NCBI GenBank assembly: GCA_000004695.1
Contig: CM000154.2
Location: 3,264,001 to 3,328,000 of the forward strand
Origin: Dictyostelium discoideum
Lineage: Eukaryota
DNA length: 64,000 bases
Reading direction: 5' to 3'
The translations under genes and the position numbers were made by a program. The notes under the pieces were generated by a model. It was not told where the DNA came from, made no database searches, and was given only the letters and a program-made list of their open reading frames with translations. Shown in pieces: positions 62,670-64,000 of this stretch. Position 1 is the stretch's first letter, and each line of letters starts with the position of its first letter.

Positions 62670-63377
62670 ATGACCAATAGCAATATTATTGAAAATCAAA
62701 TTTTAATAGATGGAGCAAATTCAATATCAAAAAAGAAAGTTTATTTTATTAGACACGGTCAATCTACATTCAATATTGCATATTTAGCAAATAATAAAGT
62801 TGATCCATACTTATTTGATGCAAGATTAACAGAAGAAGGTGAAAAACAAGCCAATGAATTATCAGAGAATGTTGAAAAATATTTGCAAGATGTTGAATTA
62901 ATTATCAGTTCACCATTAACAAGAGCATTATGTACAACCAGAAGAGGATTTGGTAAATTTTTAAAAGAAAATTCAAATATTAAATGTTTAGTTTCACCAT
63001 TACATAGCGAAACCGTAATTACAAGTGATGATAATGGTAGACCACGTTCAATCATTGAAAAGGAAAATCCAGATTTTAATTTTGGTGATTTACAAGAAAG
63101 ATGGTGGTATTTACCATCATCAATTAAAGATGACCTTTCAATTGACACTGAATTATACTTTAAAACTAATGGATATAAAGAACCAATAGAATCAATTTTA
63201 CATCGTATTGAAGAATTTAAGAAATTCCTATTATCAAGAAACGAGTCCACTATTGCTGTCGTTGGTCATTCAGATTTCTTTTATCACTTTTTCGATCGTT
63301 CCATTCCTCATATGAAAAATTGTCAAATTGTATCCTGGTGTAGTGAAACAAATGAAAAAGTTTATATTACAAAATAA
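62670..63377 (+). CDS. Histidine phosphatase superfamily (phosphoglycerate-mutase-like, branch 1) protein, 235 aa
   Basis: The catalytic RHG motif is VYFIRHGQSTFN and the second His is VVGHSDFF. Confidence 0.75.
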   Translation: MTNSNIIENQILIDGANSISKKKVYFIRHGQSTFNIAYLANNKVDPYLFDARLTEEGEKQANELSENVEKYLQDVELIISSPLTRALCTTRRGFGKFLKENSNIKCLVSPLHSETVITSDDNGRPRSIIEKENPDFNFGDLQERWWYLPSSIKDDLSIDTELYFKTNGYKEPIESILHRIEEFKKFLLSRNESTIAVVGHSDFFYHFFDRSIPHMKNCQIVSWCSETNEKVYITK

Positions 63378-63629
63378 ACATAATTTTAGTATAATTAAAA
63401 ATAAAAGTAAAAATAAAATAATAGTTTATGTAAATAAAACTATATTTATTTATTTAAAACAAATTGTTAATTTCTTATTATTTTGGCACATACTTCAGAA
63501 TTGGTATTGAGGTATGATGAAGATAGGTATTGAAAAAGTTGGATATGTTGTTTTTTTTTTTTTTTAAAACATTTTACAGATAAGAAAATTTCCTTTTTAT
63601 TTATTTTATTTATTTATTTTTATTTTGTA

Positions 63630-64000
63630 TTAATCTGGCATATATAAATCAGAGTTACTTTTTTTAGAGTATTTCTTTAGATTGAATGAATATTTTTCTT
63701 TTGCTAATAAAATTGAGGTTCTATTTTTTCTATATACAACTGAACCTATAATTAATATAGCAGCTACAGCTACACATGGTACAACAATTGCAACTGGTAA
63801 TACCCACGATGCTCTACCATCATTGCCATTTGAACATTGTCGATAGTTTGAACTAACTAAAACTGAAAAATCTAGATTGAAAAAAAAAAAATGAATTACA
63901 TTAGTTTTAATTATTTTTAAAAGTAGATTATTATAATAATCAATTAATAATAAAAATTAAATAAATACCTGGGTCAATTAAACATGATTGTTTACAATGT
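63630..64000 (-). CDS. 3' end of a type-I membrane protein gene (the last TM helix VLPVAIVVPCVAVAAILIIGSVVY plus a short basic tail), partial: complement(join(63630..63871,63969..>64000))
   Basis: The intron is GTATTT...AATCTAG (63872..63968), phase 1. Stop is at 63630-63632. The rest of the gene lies beyond the window. Confidence 0.45.

Overview
The window reads as a nuclear chromosomal segment of a dictyostelid amoeba (Dictyostelium discoideum-like), inferred from sequence features alone because no database search was possible. The features used are about 78% A+T with almost pure A/T intergenic deserts, coding poly-Asn/Gln/Thr tracts, short (60-125 nt) AT-rich introns with GTAAGT/GTATGT...AG boundaries, and FNIP-repeat/B-box genes that are typical of this lineage. 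I can support about 20 protein-coding genes, most of them two-exon. Several were split or missed by the ORF track, and I reconstructed their splice junctions by hand. Listed in order along the window they are: a 3' fragment of a non-LTR retrotransposon; a flavin monooxygenase; a TPR protein; a myotubularin-family phosphatase with large low-complexity insertions; a tandem cluster of five B-box zinc-finger + FNIP-repeat genes (three intact, two degenerate) interleaved with duplicated 5' fragments of the myotubularin gene; a caffeate-type O-methyltransferase; a small two-TM protein; Rab18; a giant (~4,590 aa) Csf1/BLTP1/Tweek-type bridge-like lipid-transfer protein; a protein kinase-IQ-DH-PH (Rac/Rho GEF) fusion; two tandem paralogous ricin-B lectin (Cup-like) genes that share a conserved upstream block; an HD-like protein; a secreted 802-aa protein; a PX-domain mini-protein; a histidine phosphatase; and the 3' end of a type-I membrane protein. 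Most interesting is the 8.5-26 kb region. It is a recently rearranged tandem array in which a unit {myotubularin 5' exons + B-box/FNIP gene} has been duplicated. A 100-N assembly gap falls inside a duplicated exon. A pseudogene junction shows microhomology. FNIP repeat number varies from 7 to about 24 between paralogs. A ~620-bp palindromic MITE-like element with 15-bp TIRs and sub-terminal 'ctgctgaaattaatatgg' repeats has displaced the promoter of one paralog. I also flag non-AT-rich intergenic islands carrying DUSE-like (A/T)CCCA(C/T)AA motifs as candidate small-ncRNA loci. No prokaryotic-style systems (CRISPR, operons) are present.
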